A stretch of DNA of 64,000 bases from a virus (lineage: Duplodnaviria; Caudoviricetes), in IMG/VR virus record IMGVR_UViG_3300029288_006559, positions 32,001-96,000 of that record, one strand, 5' to 3'. The notes beneath the pieces were generated by a model. That model was not told the DNA's origin, searched no databases, and saw nothing but the letters and a program-made list of their open reading frames with translations. Every line of letters starts with the position of its first letter. Positions within the stretch are counted from its first letter, which is position 1. Positions 49,453 to 59,772 of this stretch are shown here, one piece after another. A program made the position numbers and the translations under genes.

Positions 49453-49632
49453 ATGTTAGTTAAAACAACAACTACGGACATCGATACAGCTACTGCTTCT
49501 CAGCAGCTTTGTAAGAGTTGTCATTCCTTTGTGGATGCAACTTCTCTTGACCCTATTACCGGGCTTTGTCCAATTTGTTTACAAGCAAAGAAGGATATTG
49601 AAAATGGTGCAAACCCCCAGCCGCAAATTTAA
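49453..49632 (+). CDS. small zinc-finger protein (59 aa, absent from ORF track)
   Basis: MLVKTTT...CKSCH...CPIC...QPQI. Confidence 0.55.
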   Translation: MLVKTTTTDIDTATASQQLCKSCHSFVDATSLDPITGLCPICLQAKKDIENGANPQPQI

Positions 49633-51142
49633 CGTTGTATCTGACAACACAAAGCGTATTCTTGCTAATCTTTCAAAATCTGTTCTTCCACAAAAAATAG
49701 CTACAGTTTCTTCTTCTAACAAAATTGCTTTAGACGAAGCTTTAGCTTCTGGTAGATTTACTGCGGATAAGTTTGGTTTGTTTAAAGAAGCAGATAATGG
49801 AGCAGACCTTGGAAGAATTTGGGTAAAGAAAAGAATCAAAGAAGCCAACGGAGAAGAGAAAGAGTGGTTAGTTGTTTATACTAATGATGAGGATGAAATT
49901 ATTCGACAATTAGCTAGTAATACTTTAAAAGCAACTTCTCTTCAAAAAACAGCTGCCCCAAAGCAACCTAATCCAAAAGATGTTCCTATAGCTCCTGGTA
50001 TCAAATCGAAAAACATTACTATGGATGAATCCGGTGCAACAGGAACAGCAAAGGTTACTGTGGAATTTACCGATACTGATCAGGCTTTAAATTTTTATCA
50101 AGACCAAGGTCAGCCTCAGCAGAAAGAAGCCCCTGCAGAAGAAAAACCAGCCGAAGGAGGAGAAAAAGGTGAAGGTGAAGGTGAAGGAGAAGGAAAAGCT
50201 CCTGCAAATGTGCAGCCAGGTAATGTACCTCCTGTACCTCCTATTCCACAAACCGCTCCTGCAGGACAAAAGATGACTAATCTTCGTCCTACAATTAAAC
50301 AAATGAGTAGTTTTGGTCAGCAAGTAGCTTATGTAATTGCTACAGAAGAAGATAAACAGGAAGAAACCGAAAAGAAAGAATCTTCTCAAATTACTTATTC
50401 ATTTATTAATGAACAACAGCAAGAGATTACACTCCCCTGGAATTCTCCTCTGCGTATAGGTTCTATATTTGAAAGACCCGATACCGGCCAGGCTATTAGA
50501 GTCGCTGGCTATATTCAGAGGAAACTAACTCCTATTTCCAATCTTATTAATGAATTGGTTGTATTAGCAAAAAAGCCCTATTATTGTGAAACTTGTAATA
50601 CAGGTTTTACAGAGGGGCAGATGAATTTTCATAAAAGCCATACTTATAAAAAGAGCGATGGTGAAGAAGAACCAACAGAGAGTGCTGAGAAAGAAAAAGA
50701 TGATAATGAAAAGAAAGCTTCGTTGGAACTTATACAAAAGCAAGGGGCTGATATAAGTGATGAGATTCCTCCTATGGGATGGCAGACGCAGGAAGGAAAA
50801 AATAATCCTGTAGGTGCGGGGGCTGCTTTACCACCTCAGCAGAGTTTACAAAATCAAGAACAACCTCAAAATCAGTCTCAAAACCCCGTTCTATACGATA
50901 GTAATCAGGATGAAGGACCTCAGTTTCAGACAACTATAAATCCCAAAGATAAGTCTGTGACAGTAAAATTTGTAAACAGTCCAGAACAACAGGCTTTACA
51001 GGAAGCTGTTAATACTTCCAAACCTGTACCTCCATTGGCGCCACCTCAGCAAACCCCTGCACCCCCACAGGCTGCTCCCGGGGCGCAAACCCCTCCAGCT
51101 GGAGGTAATTTTGAACAACAGAATGTTCCCGTGACTTTCTAA
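49604..51142 (+). CDS. low-complexity protein, probably virion/head-associated
   Basis: AAGGA RBS before ATG 49604; P/Q/E-rich linkers, repeated KxA motifs, one CxxC-H-H finger; lies before the terminase genes. Confidence 0.55.
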   Translation: MVQTPSRKFNVVSDNTKRILANLSKSVLPQKIATVSSSNKIALDEALASGRFTADKFGLFKEADNGADLGRIWVKKRIKEANGEEKEWLVVYTNDEDEIIRQLASNTLKATSLQKTAAPKQPNPKDVPIAPGIKSKNITMDESGATGTAKVTVEFTDTDQALNFYQDQGQPQQKEAPAEEKPAEGGEKGEGEGEGEGKAPANVQPGNVPPVPPIPQTAPAGQKMTNLRPTIKQMSSFGQQVAYVIATEEDKQEETEKKESSQITYSFINEQQQEITLPWNSPLRIGSIFERPDTGQAIRVAGYIQRKLTPISNLINELVVLAKKPYYCETCNTGFTEGQMNFHKSHTYKKSDGEEEPTESAEKEKDDNEKKASLELIQKQGADISDEIPPMGWQTQEGKNNPVGAGAALPPQQSLQNQEQPQNQSQNPVLYDSNQDEGPQFQTTINPKDKSVTVKFVNSPEQQALQEAVNTSKPVPPLAPPQQTPAPPQAAPGAQTPPAGGNFEQQNVPVTF

Positions 51143-51156
51143 CAAGGAGAAGTAAA

Positions 51157-53439
51157 ATGTCGCTTATTATTCCGAAAAACAATGAAGTTAAGGTAAAAGT
51201 TCCTACTTGGATAAAATCTCAGGAGCTTATACAGGCAAGCAAGGAAGAGTTGGAGAGAAACAGGCAGTTTCAAAAAATTGCTTCTCAGAAAGATATTCCT
51301 ACTGTAATTGCTCAATATGTTTGTCCTAACTGTCAAAAGGTTGTTAATGCTTCTTCTCCTGAATTGAAATTACAGGAAGATTTAGCAAAGAGAGCTTCTA
51401 AAGAGTTTAAACCCACTTGTAGCTTTTGCCAAACAGAATTAATTCCTTATCGGAAAGTAATAGCTTCTTCTGTTTCTACCCAACGACAAGGTAATATGAC
51501 TCAAAAAGAGGTAGATCTTTCTACTAAGTCAGGTACTTATAATACTTATGTAGATAGGCACCTTGTTTTTAAAGCTGTCAATGCTTTACAAAACTATGCA
51601 TCGCAGCAGGGCATGCAGTTGGCAGAAGTTAGGTATTTGAAATCGGAGCACAGTAAACAAGCTGGACAAGAATACCCAATGTTAAACAATATCGAGTGTG
51701 AGATACGTTGGAAAACAAATCCTAAGGTAGCTCATACCGTTACTGCTACTATTGGAATAGATCAAGCAGGTATAGCCAAAATGCCAATTATGATGACCTT
51801 AGCAGATAAACAAACAGTAGTTCCTTTTACAAAAGAGTCTATTAAAGCAATTGAGGAGAAATTTGCATTCGATCATGAAGTCGAGAGGAAGCAAAAACGT
51901 ACGGACATGGCTACTTATAAGCGGCCTGATATTTCTCGCTTTAAGGCTATTGCATCGCAAGAACAGACTGACACATCTTTATTAATTGATGAGCTTGTGG
52001 AAAGCTCAAAAAAAAAAGTTGAAAGTCTGATTAAGGAAGCAGATAGTATTCCCGGAGTTCAACCTCCAACGACACCGTCTGCTCCTGTTCAATACAGTCC
52101 CAATCAGCAAATTGTTAATCCTGTTGATGGTAAGACCTATACTGTAAAGCAGCAAACTCCCACGGGTATTACTGTTACTGATCCTCAAACTCAGCAAGAG
52201 TCTATTATTCCCGTAGATCAGGTTGCTAATATAAGGCCTGCAGTGAAGACATCTTCTTTTTCTGTTCAAGCGTTAGCTGAAGAGGTAGTAAAAGAAAGTT
52301 TACAGAAGAAAGCATCTTTTAAACCTTCAACACGTCCGCTTATGGAGCACGTACCTCATATGTCACAAGATTGGGCAAATATTAGAAAAGGATTAAAAAC
52401 GAAATCTCAATTAGAAAAAGAAGCCGCTGATATTAGTTATGATAGTAGTGGCCCGAAGAAGGACAAGACAGGGCACGATGTTTCAGGTGTTCCTTTTTCT
52501 GAAGAAGGTGAAATCGAAGTAGGCTTAACCGAATTTCCAAAAGGTCAAGATCGTTCGAAGGGAGAAGGAAAGGGCTATGAAGTTCCTTTTAAAGAGATGG
52601 AAGAAAACCATGTAAAAGAACGGGAGCAATTTGATAATAAGCAGCGTTTGCCCATTAATGTTATGCCGTGGAAAGATTTGAGAGAAATGGTCGGTGGAAA
52701 GGAACCAAAAGAAAATCTCGGTCTCAATCACACCGAAGCCTCTGCTTTAGCAAAAGCTGTTGGTATGACGAAGGTAGCTGAAAACGAAGACACAGGAGAG
52801 AAGAAGCCGCCTGTTGAATTACCTATACAGCAAAAAACGCTTAAGACAGCTCCAAAGATAAAAGAATATCAGGAGCCTGCAGTTATTTCACCTGCTGAGG
52901 GAAAATTAAAAGAAGTTATTACTAAGTGGAGAGGCGTTCAGAGTGAAATAAATACTATTAAAGAGCAAATGCAAAAGAAAGTAGCCCCCTTACAGCAAGC
53001 TGTTACAGATGCTTCTGCTCCGTTTCAAGAGCAGCAAGGTAAGTTGGTAAAAGAGTTGAATACCTATTTAAACTTGGTTTATTCTAAATTAGGGGAAACA
53101 GAGGATAAAGTTGCAGCCTACGAAGATATTATTTTAGCTCGTTTAGAGAGACAGATAGAAACAGGCGGAAATGTTTCTATGGTTGAATTATTAAATGAAC
53201 TGCAAAAGAATCTTCCTGAAATTCATGCAAAGGTTGCTGAGTTAAAAACACAGATGGAGGAGGCAAAATTACAGCCCGCGATTGAGAGATTCTTATATGA
53301 GTATCCTAAATCTAAAGTTCAAGAAAAGAAAGTAACATCTGCAGCTGATTCTTTCTCTTTGGATACCATTATCTCTACATTAGTTGGTTGGGCAGATATT
53401 TTAAATGATATTCTTGAACTCATTCCCGTTTTGGAGTAA
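51157..53439 (+). CDS. large multidomain protein, probably virion/head-associated
   Basis: AAGGAG RBS; CPNC/CSFC Zn ribbon, repeated KxA(S) motifs, C-terminal coiled coil. Confidence 0.6.
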   Translation: MSLIIPKNNEVKVKVPTWIKSQELIQASKEELERNRQFQKIASQKDIPTVIAQYVCPNCQKVVNASSPELKLQEDLAKRASKEFKPTCSFCQTELIPYRKVIASSVSTQRQGNMTQKEVDLSTKSGTYNTYVDRHLVFKAVNALQNYASQQGMQLAEVRYLKSEHSKQAGQEYPMLNNIECEIRWKTNPKVAHTVTATIGIDQAGIAKMPIMMTLADKQTVVPFTKESIKAIEEKFAFDHEVERKQKRTDMATYKRPDISRFKAIASQEQTDTSLLIDELVESSKKKVESLIKEADSIPGVQPPTTPSAPVQYSPNQQIVNPVDGKTYTVKQQTPTGITVTDPQTQQESIIPVDQVANIRPAVKTSSFSVQALAEEVVKESLQKKASFKPSTRPLMEHVPHMSQDWANIRKGLKTKSQLEKEAADISYDSSGPKKDKTGHDVSGVPFSEEGEIEVGLTEFPKGQDRSKGEGKGYEVPFKEMEENHVKEREQFDNKQRLPINVMPWKDLREMVGGKEPKENLGLNHTEASALAKAVGMTKVAENEDTGEKKPPVELPIQQKTLKTAPKIKEYQEPAVISPAEGKLKEVITKWRGVQSEINTIKEQMQKKVAPLQQAVTDASAPFQEQQGKLVKELNTYLNLVYSKLGETEDKVAAYEDIILARLERQIETGGNVSMVELLNELQKNLPEIHAKVAELKTQMEEAKLQPAIERFLYEYPKSKVQEKKVTSAADSFSLDTIISTLVGWADILNDILELIPVLE

Positions 53440-53441
53440 CT

Positions 53442-53606
53442 ATGTTAAAATTAAAAAACTTCTTTGTTCAGTGCAGGTGCGGTGAAGATTTGCGTATGGA
53501 TGAAATTGATCAACAGCGTACTTGTTCTTGCGGAAGAATAGTTAAAATTGCTGAATCTGTAAAGCAATATCTCCGTAAAGAGTATTCTCACCCAGTAAAA
53601 AATTAA
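53442..53606 (+). CDS. small Cys-containing protein (54 aa)
   Basis: GGAG RBS; CRCG...CSCG. Confidence 0.5.
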   Translation: MLKLKNFFVQCRCGEDLRMDEIDQQRTCSCGRIVKIAESVKQYLRKEYSHPVKN

Positions 53607-53631
53607 ATAGGATTTTATAAATGAGGATTTT

Positions 53632-54390
53632 ATGTCTATATCAGGACTCCAGAGGAGACACCCCCTCTGTAAAATATGTAACTCTTTTTCCGACGACCTT
53701 TTAGGTGAAATAACAGCTGATATTTTACTTCGTCGACGAACCTATAAAGAAATTAAAGAATATTATAGTGCGAAGCTTCCCGCTAGCGAAAAGCCTTTAA
53801 ATGATGTAAATATTAACAATCATCGCAAGCACAGCGACCCCCAATTTCTCGTAGATGCTGTTTTACAAAAGCAAGGTCTTACTCCCCCTTCAGAAGCTGA
53901 TGTTATTGTACGTTTATACGAGGAAAGACGTAAACAAGATCTTGATAAAAGAACTATCTTACAAGAGATTTACAGAGAGCGTTTACGTAATTTAGAACTA
54001 TTACAGGAGATGTTAGAAGCTACTAAAAACTCTTACAAGGAAATGTGTAGTAGTACGTCTACGGATTCTGTTTGGGACAAACAGACTGTTGAGAATAGAA
54101 TAGTGGGGTTAACACAACGGATCGATAACATTCACGATGCCTTGCAGCAAGTAATTCTTAAGGAAGTTTCTGCTAATAAGGGGGAAGGTAATACGTTTAT
54201 AAATAATAATATTGTAATACAAGATGGCCTAAAAAAATTTCTTGACGAGTTTGTTCCTTATCTCTTGCATCATAATGTATTTCAAGATCGTCCTGAAGAA
54301 GGAAAAGAAATTATTAAATTTATTTCTGTATTAATGGATAGGCACATTACACCTGTATTAGACCCTCAAAAAGCTTTGCCTGCTAGATAA
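53632..54390 (+). CDS. probable terminase small subunit
   Basis: CKIC...HRKH HTH/Zn N-terminus, helical oligomerisation region, directly upstream of terL. Confidence 0.6.
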   Translation: MSISGLQRRHPLCKICNSFSDDLLGEITADILLRRRTYKEIKEYYSAKLPASEKPLNDVNINNHRKHSDPQFLVDAVLQKQGLTPPSEADVIVRLYEERRKQDLDKRTILQEIYRERLRNLELLQEMLEATKNSYKEMCSSTSTDSVWDKQTVENRIVGLTQRIDNIHDALQQVILKEVSANKGEGNTFINNNIVIQDGLKKFLDEFVPYLLHHNVFQDRPEEGKEIIKFISVLMDRHITPVLDPQKALPAR

Positions 54391-54391
54391 A

Positions 54392-57300
54392 ATGACAGAT
54401 CTTTTTCAATCTTACGCTAATACTGTTTTAGATTCTTCTAATGCTACCTTACCTGTTCAAAACAAGGTAGATGCTTTTGAATTTATTACTAGTCCTAACT
54501 ATATGGGAGTAGATCCTTTTCCTGTACAAAGAGTAGTAATAAAGGCTTTTTACAATTTGTGGGAGAAATATCCCCCCGACGACGAAGAACAAACTATTAT
54601 TAACGTCTTAAAGAACAATTGGAAAATTGATATAAACTTGTTGAGAATCGACCCCATTAAGGTTCTCCTCCTTTGTCTTGGTAGAAGATCTGGAAAATGT
54701 GTAGGGAAGAATTCTAAAATTTTAAATGCAAAAACAGGAAAATATATAACAATTGAAGAGCTATCTAAGATAGACCTTTCTCAAGTAAGAATTCCTACTA
54801 GAGATAATAATAATAATATAATAGATACTTCTAATTTTAGAGTGGAATATTCAGGTAAGAAATTATGTTATAAAATGATCACAAGAGTTGGAAGAGAGAT
54901 TGTTTGTACTAAAGATCACCAATTTTTAACTTTGGGAGGGTGGAAAACTTTAGAAAATCTAGTTTTAAGAGATAGAATAGCTATTCCCAGCAAATTACCT
55001 TTTTTCGGGGATAATCCACTAACTGTAGGAGAAGCAAAGATTTTAGGTTATATGATAGGAGATGGAGGAACTACTACTAAAGTACCTTCTTTTGCTAATA
55101 CGGATGCTTTTGTTATTCAAGAATTGAATATATTAGTAAAGACACTAATCTCTTCCGATTTAGAAGTAAAACATACTGAGGCGCAAAAAGATTATTGTTA
55201 CTCTATTTGCAGAACGCATGCGTTTTGCAAAACTCAGAACCCTATGATTTCCTTCCTTAAGAAATATGGTGTTTGGGGAAAACTATCTATTGAAAAGGAA
55301 ATTCCTCCCGAAGTTTTTATGTCTTCAAAAAATACAATTTCTGCTTTTTTAAATGCACTGTATACGTGTGATGGATCTCTTTATATAAAAAAAGGGAAGA
55401 AATCTTATAAAGGGCTCGTTCTTTCTTTTGGGGTAGGTTCTAAACTATTAGCGGAAGGAGTGAGGGATCTATTATTACGTTTTGGTATCAATGCTCGTAT
55501 TAGATATACTCCTGCAAGTTATGTTAATCATCAAGGAGAAAGAAAATTTTTTGATTCTTGGAAAACTGATGTAAGTTCCTTTCGAGATATTTCTCTGTTT
55601 ATGAAAGAAATAGGATTTTTTGGAAAAAAACAGTTAGATGCACAGAAACTCTTTAAAAGTATTTTATCTAATTCTCTTAAAGTAAAAGATAGTAATTATT
55701 TATTTAGCATTCCAAAAGAAATTTGGAAGTATTTAGATGAGCAAAGGCAGAAAAAGGGGATTGTATATCAAGATTTATTCAATACCAGAAATATAGGAGG
55801 AGGGATTCATAAATCTTGGTCTATTAATAGAAAAAAGTTAAAAAAAGCTGCTTCTGCACTGAACGATTCTTGGTTACACTCACTATGCGATGGGGATATT
55901 CTTTGGGATGAAATAATATCTATAGAAGAAATAGGAGAAGAAGACACATATGATATAGAAGTTCCAGAAACGGAAAATTTTATTACTGATAATATAGTTG
56001 TACATAATAGTAGATTACTTTCTTTTATTGCTACTTACGCTATGTATGAACTTATTACTCTCGGTAATCCTCAATCCTATTATAATATTATGGAAAGACA
56101 TCCTATACATGTTGTACATATTGCTTCCAAGGATAAACAAGCTAGAGAGATGTTTGCTTTTACTTCAGATAATATTCGTAGAACGTCTTTCTTTAAGCCG
56201 TATATGGATTTTGATAAGAATAATATGACAGAATTGAGATTGTTTACTCCATACGATTTAACTCTAAATGAAGAAATAAAAAGAAGAAACAAGGTAGTAG
56301 TTCGTGGAAATAAAAGAGAGCCTTTGTTACCAGGCTCTTTATTAGTAGAATCCATTACGACCTCTGGAGCTACTAGTCGTGGGAAATGTATTTATCTTCT
56401 TATGTTTTCAGAGTTAGCACATTTTCTTCGCACTAGTATAGATATTACTAGCGGAGAAGATGCTTTAGTAGCAGAAAATCCTCAGAGCGATTATGCTGTT
56501 GTAAAAGCCATGACTCCTTCCGTCTTAGATTTTGGGAGAGATGGGCGTATAATTATGGAATCTAGCCCTCGAGAGAAAGGAGGAGAGTTCTATCATCATT
56601 ACTGTATAGGTGGGGGAATAGAGCAAGAAAATTTCGAAAACCTTACTTTCGAGCCTACTTATCAAGTTATACAATTGTCTACATGGGAAGCACGTCCCTC
56701 TATTGCAAGAGAGAGCTTAGATCCCGAATTCAGAAAAGATCCTATAGGAGCATTGATGGAGTTTGGGGCTCACTTTGGTAATCCTTCTGGCAAGTTTATT
56801 TCTGAATCTGTTATTAACAGTATCCCGCAAATAGGTAGACCGCTTACTAGACACGCTACTGGTACCTATCATTCTTTTATTGCGTTGGATCCTGGAGGTA
56901 AAGCAAAGAAAAAAGTTGCCGATACTTATGCGCTTGCATGGGGGCATTATGATTTTTCTCCTAAAGCTGAAAATGTGACTTATTGGATAGATGGAATGAG
57001 GGGGTTTGACGCTACTAATCGCTATCTTGGTTCTGGACAGGTAGAGAGAATCACTGTTGATCCTAATACTGTAATGGGATGGCTGTTAGATCTAGTGAAA
57101 GATTTAGGAGGAAAAGGTTTTGTTGATGAAATTGCTTACGATCAGTTCGATTCTACCCAGCCAGTTTCTACTCTTCAGAGTCTGGGTCTTTATGCTATAG
57201 AGACAACTTTTACAAATTCTTATAAAGCGGATATGTACGGAAATTTTCTACAATTAGCCGAAAGAGGCCAAGTGAAAATGTATGGTGTTGATATAGACCC

Positions 57301-58849
57301 GGAACAGTGGATAGAAAGATGGAAATTAGAGATGAGATATCTGCAACAAGATATTGCCGGTAATATGGTTTATTTTCATCATCCCTCTACAGGCCCTGTA
57401 AGGCACGATGACTTCGCAGATGTTTGTTTTTTATCGGGAACTAAAATTATTACAAGAAAAGGATTAAAAGATATAGATCAAATTCAAACGGGGGAAGAAG
57501 TTCTTACTCATAAGGGAAGATATCGTAAAGTAATCAATACTTCAAAGAGAAAATATACAGGGAAAGTAACTTCTATTAAAATAAATGGGTTTAACAAACC
57601 TGTTATTAGTACTCCAAATCATTTATATTTTGCTCATGCATATCAAGAATGTAATTTAGCTGTTAAGAACAAAGGAATTTGTACACCGTATTGTCATAAA
57701 AACGGGATTAGTAGTTGTAAATTTAATTGGAAAGAATCTCCCTCATGGTTATCTGCAAAAACACTAGTAAGGAATCAACAATTATATTATCCTATTTATA
57801 AAGAAATAAAATATAATGAAAATTACATTTTGGATTTAGTAGATATTCTTCCTTCTGAGACTTTATCAAAATGTTTTGTTGAAAAGGATATTATTTGGTA
57901 TGGTAAATCTTGGTGGGACAAAGATACAAAAAATTCTAAGAGTCGTTCTATTCCGCGTTTTATAACTTTTACACCTGAATTATTTAGATTATTTGGGTAT
58001 TATATTGCTGAAGGGTCTTCTACAACTAATCAAATAATGTTTTCTTTTCATTTTAAAGAAAAAACTTATATAAATGATGTGAAAAGTCTTCTTTATAAAA
58101 TATTTGGTATAAAAGCAAAAATTATAGAAAATATTTCTTCTAACAGTTGTCAAGTGTATTTTCATAATCATTTAATGGCGGATTTATTCAAATTTTTGTT
58201 TGGTAAAGGTGCTGCTAATAAGCAAATTCCTTCTATAGTAGAATTCTCTACGTTAGAATTACAAAAAGAATTTATTGTAGGTTATTGGAGAGGAGATGGT
58301 TGTAAGAATAAAGATAATTCTTTTTCTTGTGGTTCTATATCTGAAAAATTAATATGGCAAATTAGAGAAATGCTTTTACGGTTAGGTATAAATTCATGTA
58401 CTTCGTCTCGTATTAATAATAAAAATTATATTTTTAAAAATAAAGTTCTTAAAGGTAATGGTAGTATCTATTATATGATTAAAGTACAAGGAGAGTTTGC
58501 GCAAAAACTCGCTGACATATTAGATTGTTCTTTAAAGAGCTTTGAACTGCATAGAGAAGTTTGGTTAGATGATGAAGCTTTGCACTCTCGTATAACTAAG
58601 ATAACATCTTTAAATTATTCTGGTTTTGTTTATAATTTACAAGTGGAAGAAGATGAATCTTATGTTACTCAAATAGGAGCTGTACATAATTGTGCTAATT
58701 TAGTCCACCGTATGTGTTTACGTGTTTCTCCTACGAAGGAAAGCGCAGCAGAAGCTAGAAGAGCAGGTATAGGACCGATACGTATGAATAGAGGCTATAA
58801 GCCTGTTATAGGTAAACCTTTGTGGGGAAACCGTCTCCTGCGTAGTTAA
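54392..58849 (+). CDS. terL: terminase large subunit with two inteins (about 626 aa after splicing)
   Basis: GRRSGK|S Walker A, ESSP coupling motif, STWE, EFGA.F, ALDPG nuclease, YDQF, HDDFADV|C. Confidence 0.88.
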   Translation: MTDLFQSYANTVLDSSNATLPVQNKVDAFEFITSPNYMGVDPFPVQRVVIKAFYNLWEKYPPDDEEQTIINVLKNNWKIDINLLRIDPIKVLLLCLGRRSGKCVGKNSKILNAKTGKYITIEELSKIDLSQVRIPTRDNNNNIIDTSNFRVEYSGKKLCYKMITRVGREIVCTKDHQFLTLGGWKTLENLVLRDRIAIPSKLPFFGDNPLTVGEAKILGYMIGDGGTTTKVPSFANTDAFVIQELNILVKTLISSDLEVKHTEAQKDYCYSICRTHAFCKTQNPMISFLKKYGVWGKLSIEKEIPPEVFMSSKNTISAFLNALYTCDGSLYIKKGKKSYKGLVLSFGVGSKLLAEGVRDLLLRFGINARIRYTPASYVNHQGERKFFDSWKTDVSSFRDISLFMKEIGFFGKKQLDAQKLFKSILSNSLKVKDSNYLFSIPKEIWKYLDEQRQKKGIVYQDLFNTRNIGGGIHKSWSINRKKLKKAASALNDSWLHSLCDGDILWDEIISIEEIGEEDTYDIEVPETENFITDNIVVHNSRLLSFIATYAMYELITLGNPQSYYNIMERHPIHVVHIASKDKQAREMFAFTSDNIRRTSFFKPYMDFDKNNMTELRLFTPYDLTLNEEIKRRNKVVVRGNKREPLLPGSLLVESITTSGATSRGKCIYLLMFSELAHFLRTSIDITSGEDALVAENPQSDYAVVKAMTPSVLDFGRDGRIIMESSPREKGGEFYHHYCIGGGIEQENFENLTFEPTYQVIQLSTWEARPSIARESLDPEFRKDPIGALMEFGAHFGNPSGKFISESVINSIPQIGRPLTRHATGTYHSFIALDPGGKAKKKVADTYALAWGHYDFSPKAENVTYWIDGMRGFDATNRYLGSGQVERITVDPNTVMGWLLDLVKDLGGKGFVDEIAYDQFDSTQPVSTLQSLGLYAIETTFTNSYKADMYGNFLQLAERGQVKMYGVDIDPEQWIERWKLEMRYLQQDIAGNMVYFHHPSTGPVRHDDFADVCFLSGTKIITRKGLKDIDQIQTGEEVLTHKGRYRKVINTSKRKYTGKVTSIKINGFNKPVISTPNHLYFAHAYQECNLAVKNKGICTPYCHKNGISSCKFNWKESPSWLSAKTLVRNQQLYYPIYKEIKYNENYILDLVDILPSETLSKCFVEKDIIWYGKSWWDKDTKNSKSRSIPRFITFTPELFRLFGYYIAEGSSTTNQIMFSFHFKEKTYINDVKSLLYKIFGIKAKIIENISSNSCQVYFHNHLMADLFKFLFGKGAANKQIPSIVEFSTLELQKEFIVGYWRGDGCKNKDNSFSCGSISEKLIWQIREMLLRLGINSCTSSRINNKNYIFKNKVLKGNGSIYYMIKVQGEFAQKLADILDCSLKSFELHREVWLDDEALHSRITKITSLNYSGFVYNLQVEEDESYVTQIGAVHNCANLVHRMCLRVSPTKESAAEARRAGIGPIRMNRGYKPVIGKPLWGNRLLRS
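54698..56008 (+). mobile_element. intein 1 in terL (437 aa, LAGLIDADG)
   Basis: CVGKNS start, CTKDHQF, LGYMIGDG and LNALYTCDG, TYDIEV...IVVHN/S. Confidence 0.92.
57425..58690 (+). mobile_element. intein 2 in terL (422 aa, LAGLIDADG)
   Basis: CFLSGT start, STPNHLY, FGYYIAEG and VGYWRGDG, VYNLQVEEDESY...AVHN/C. Confidence 0.92.
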
Positions 58850-59061
58850 CGCGTGTATTGTATGTATAACAACCTATATATTGTATGAGAATAATTTTTA
58901 GAGATTATAGTATCAAGGGACTTTTTGGATTAATTTGCATTTTACTACACCGTCCATTTTATTTACAAGATAAAGTAGGTAATTGGTATTGTGATGTATG
59001 TAAGAAAAAACTTTGTAAAAAAATAGAATCTTAAGGCGAATAAAAACAAAGAGAAAAGGAC

Positions 59062-59469
59062 ATGACAACTGTATTGCAAACTCTTTTATTGATTTTACTT
59101 GGGGCTGTTTTCGCTAGTGGCATTGCCATCCTTCTTGGTCTTTTTTGGAAAAAGGGTATGGAATATGCAACCCAAATGTATTTCCCTCCTGCGGAACCTA
59201 TTCCTCCTACTCCCGAGCAGTTAAGAGCTGAGGTAAGCAAGATACAATGTAATTATGATATTTTGTTTGATTCAAATATTGCAACATACTTTGCATCGGG
59301 AGTTTATGTTTTTAATTGGGGTAAAATTTATGCTGATATTGTGCATCATGTTGGAGAATATGCAAAAGATTTAGATAAAAATGTAAAAACTATTGTTGTA
59401 CGTTCTATTCGAATTAATAAAGAAGGTAAACCTGAGTTTGCCTTTGAACCTATAGTAAAACAATTATAA
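59062..59469 (+). CDS. membrane-anchored hypothetical protein
   Basis: N-terminal hydrophobic helix. Confidence 0.6.
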   Translation: MTTVLQTLLLILLGAVFASGIAILLGLFWKKGMEYATQMYFPPAEPIPPTPEQLRAEVSKIQCNYDILFDSNIATYFASGVYVFNWGKIYADIVHHVGEYAKDLDKNVKTIVVRSIRINKEGKPEFAFEPIVKQL

Positions 59470-59481
59470 GGATTACTTTTA

Positions 59482-59772
59482 ATGGTAGCCGATATCCAGC
59501 CTCTTGTAGTAGCTTTACAGAACAAGTTGCAGGTAACTTTAACTTATCAGAAAAAGACTACAGGTGAAATTGTTACACACACCGGGGGAATCTATGAAAT
59601 AGGTCCTCATAAGAAAACAGGAGTCTCTACTTTGTGGTTGTGGGATACAGCTCTCAACGATCACATTAGAGATTTTATTATTGATAATATTCAATCTTTT
59701 CAGGTGCTTCAAACTCCCTTTCAGCCTAATGGAATATGGCCTTTAAAATTAAATGGAGAGGTTATAGGATGA
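59482..59772 (+). CDS. standalone WYL-like domain protein
   Basis: V.LTY.K..GE......YEI......LWLWD.....IRDF.IDNI.SF.V....F.P. Confidence 0.6.
   Translation: MVADIQPLVVALQNKLQVTLTYQKKTTGEIVTHTGGIYEIGPHKKTGVSTLWLWDTALNDHIRDFIIDNIQSFQVLQTPFQPNGIWPLKLNGEVIG

Noticed and set aside
49529-49603. Hydrophobic N-terminus (MWMQLLLTLL...) suggesting a signal peptide on the 537-aa ORF
   Set aside because: It overlaps a small Zn-finger ORF in another frame; the RBS favours ATG 49604
50168-50194. GGTGAA tandem repeat
   Set aside because: Encodes a GEGEGE low-complexity linker; no sign of a separate function
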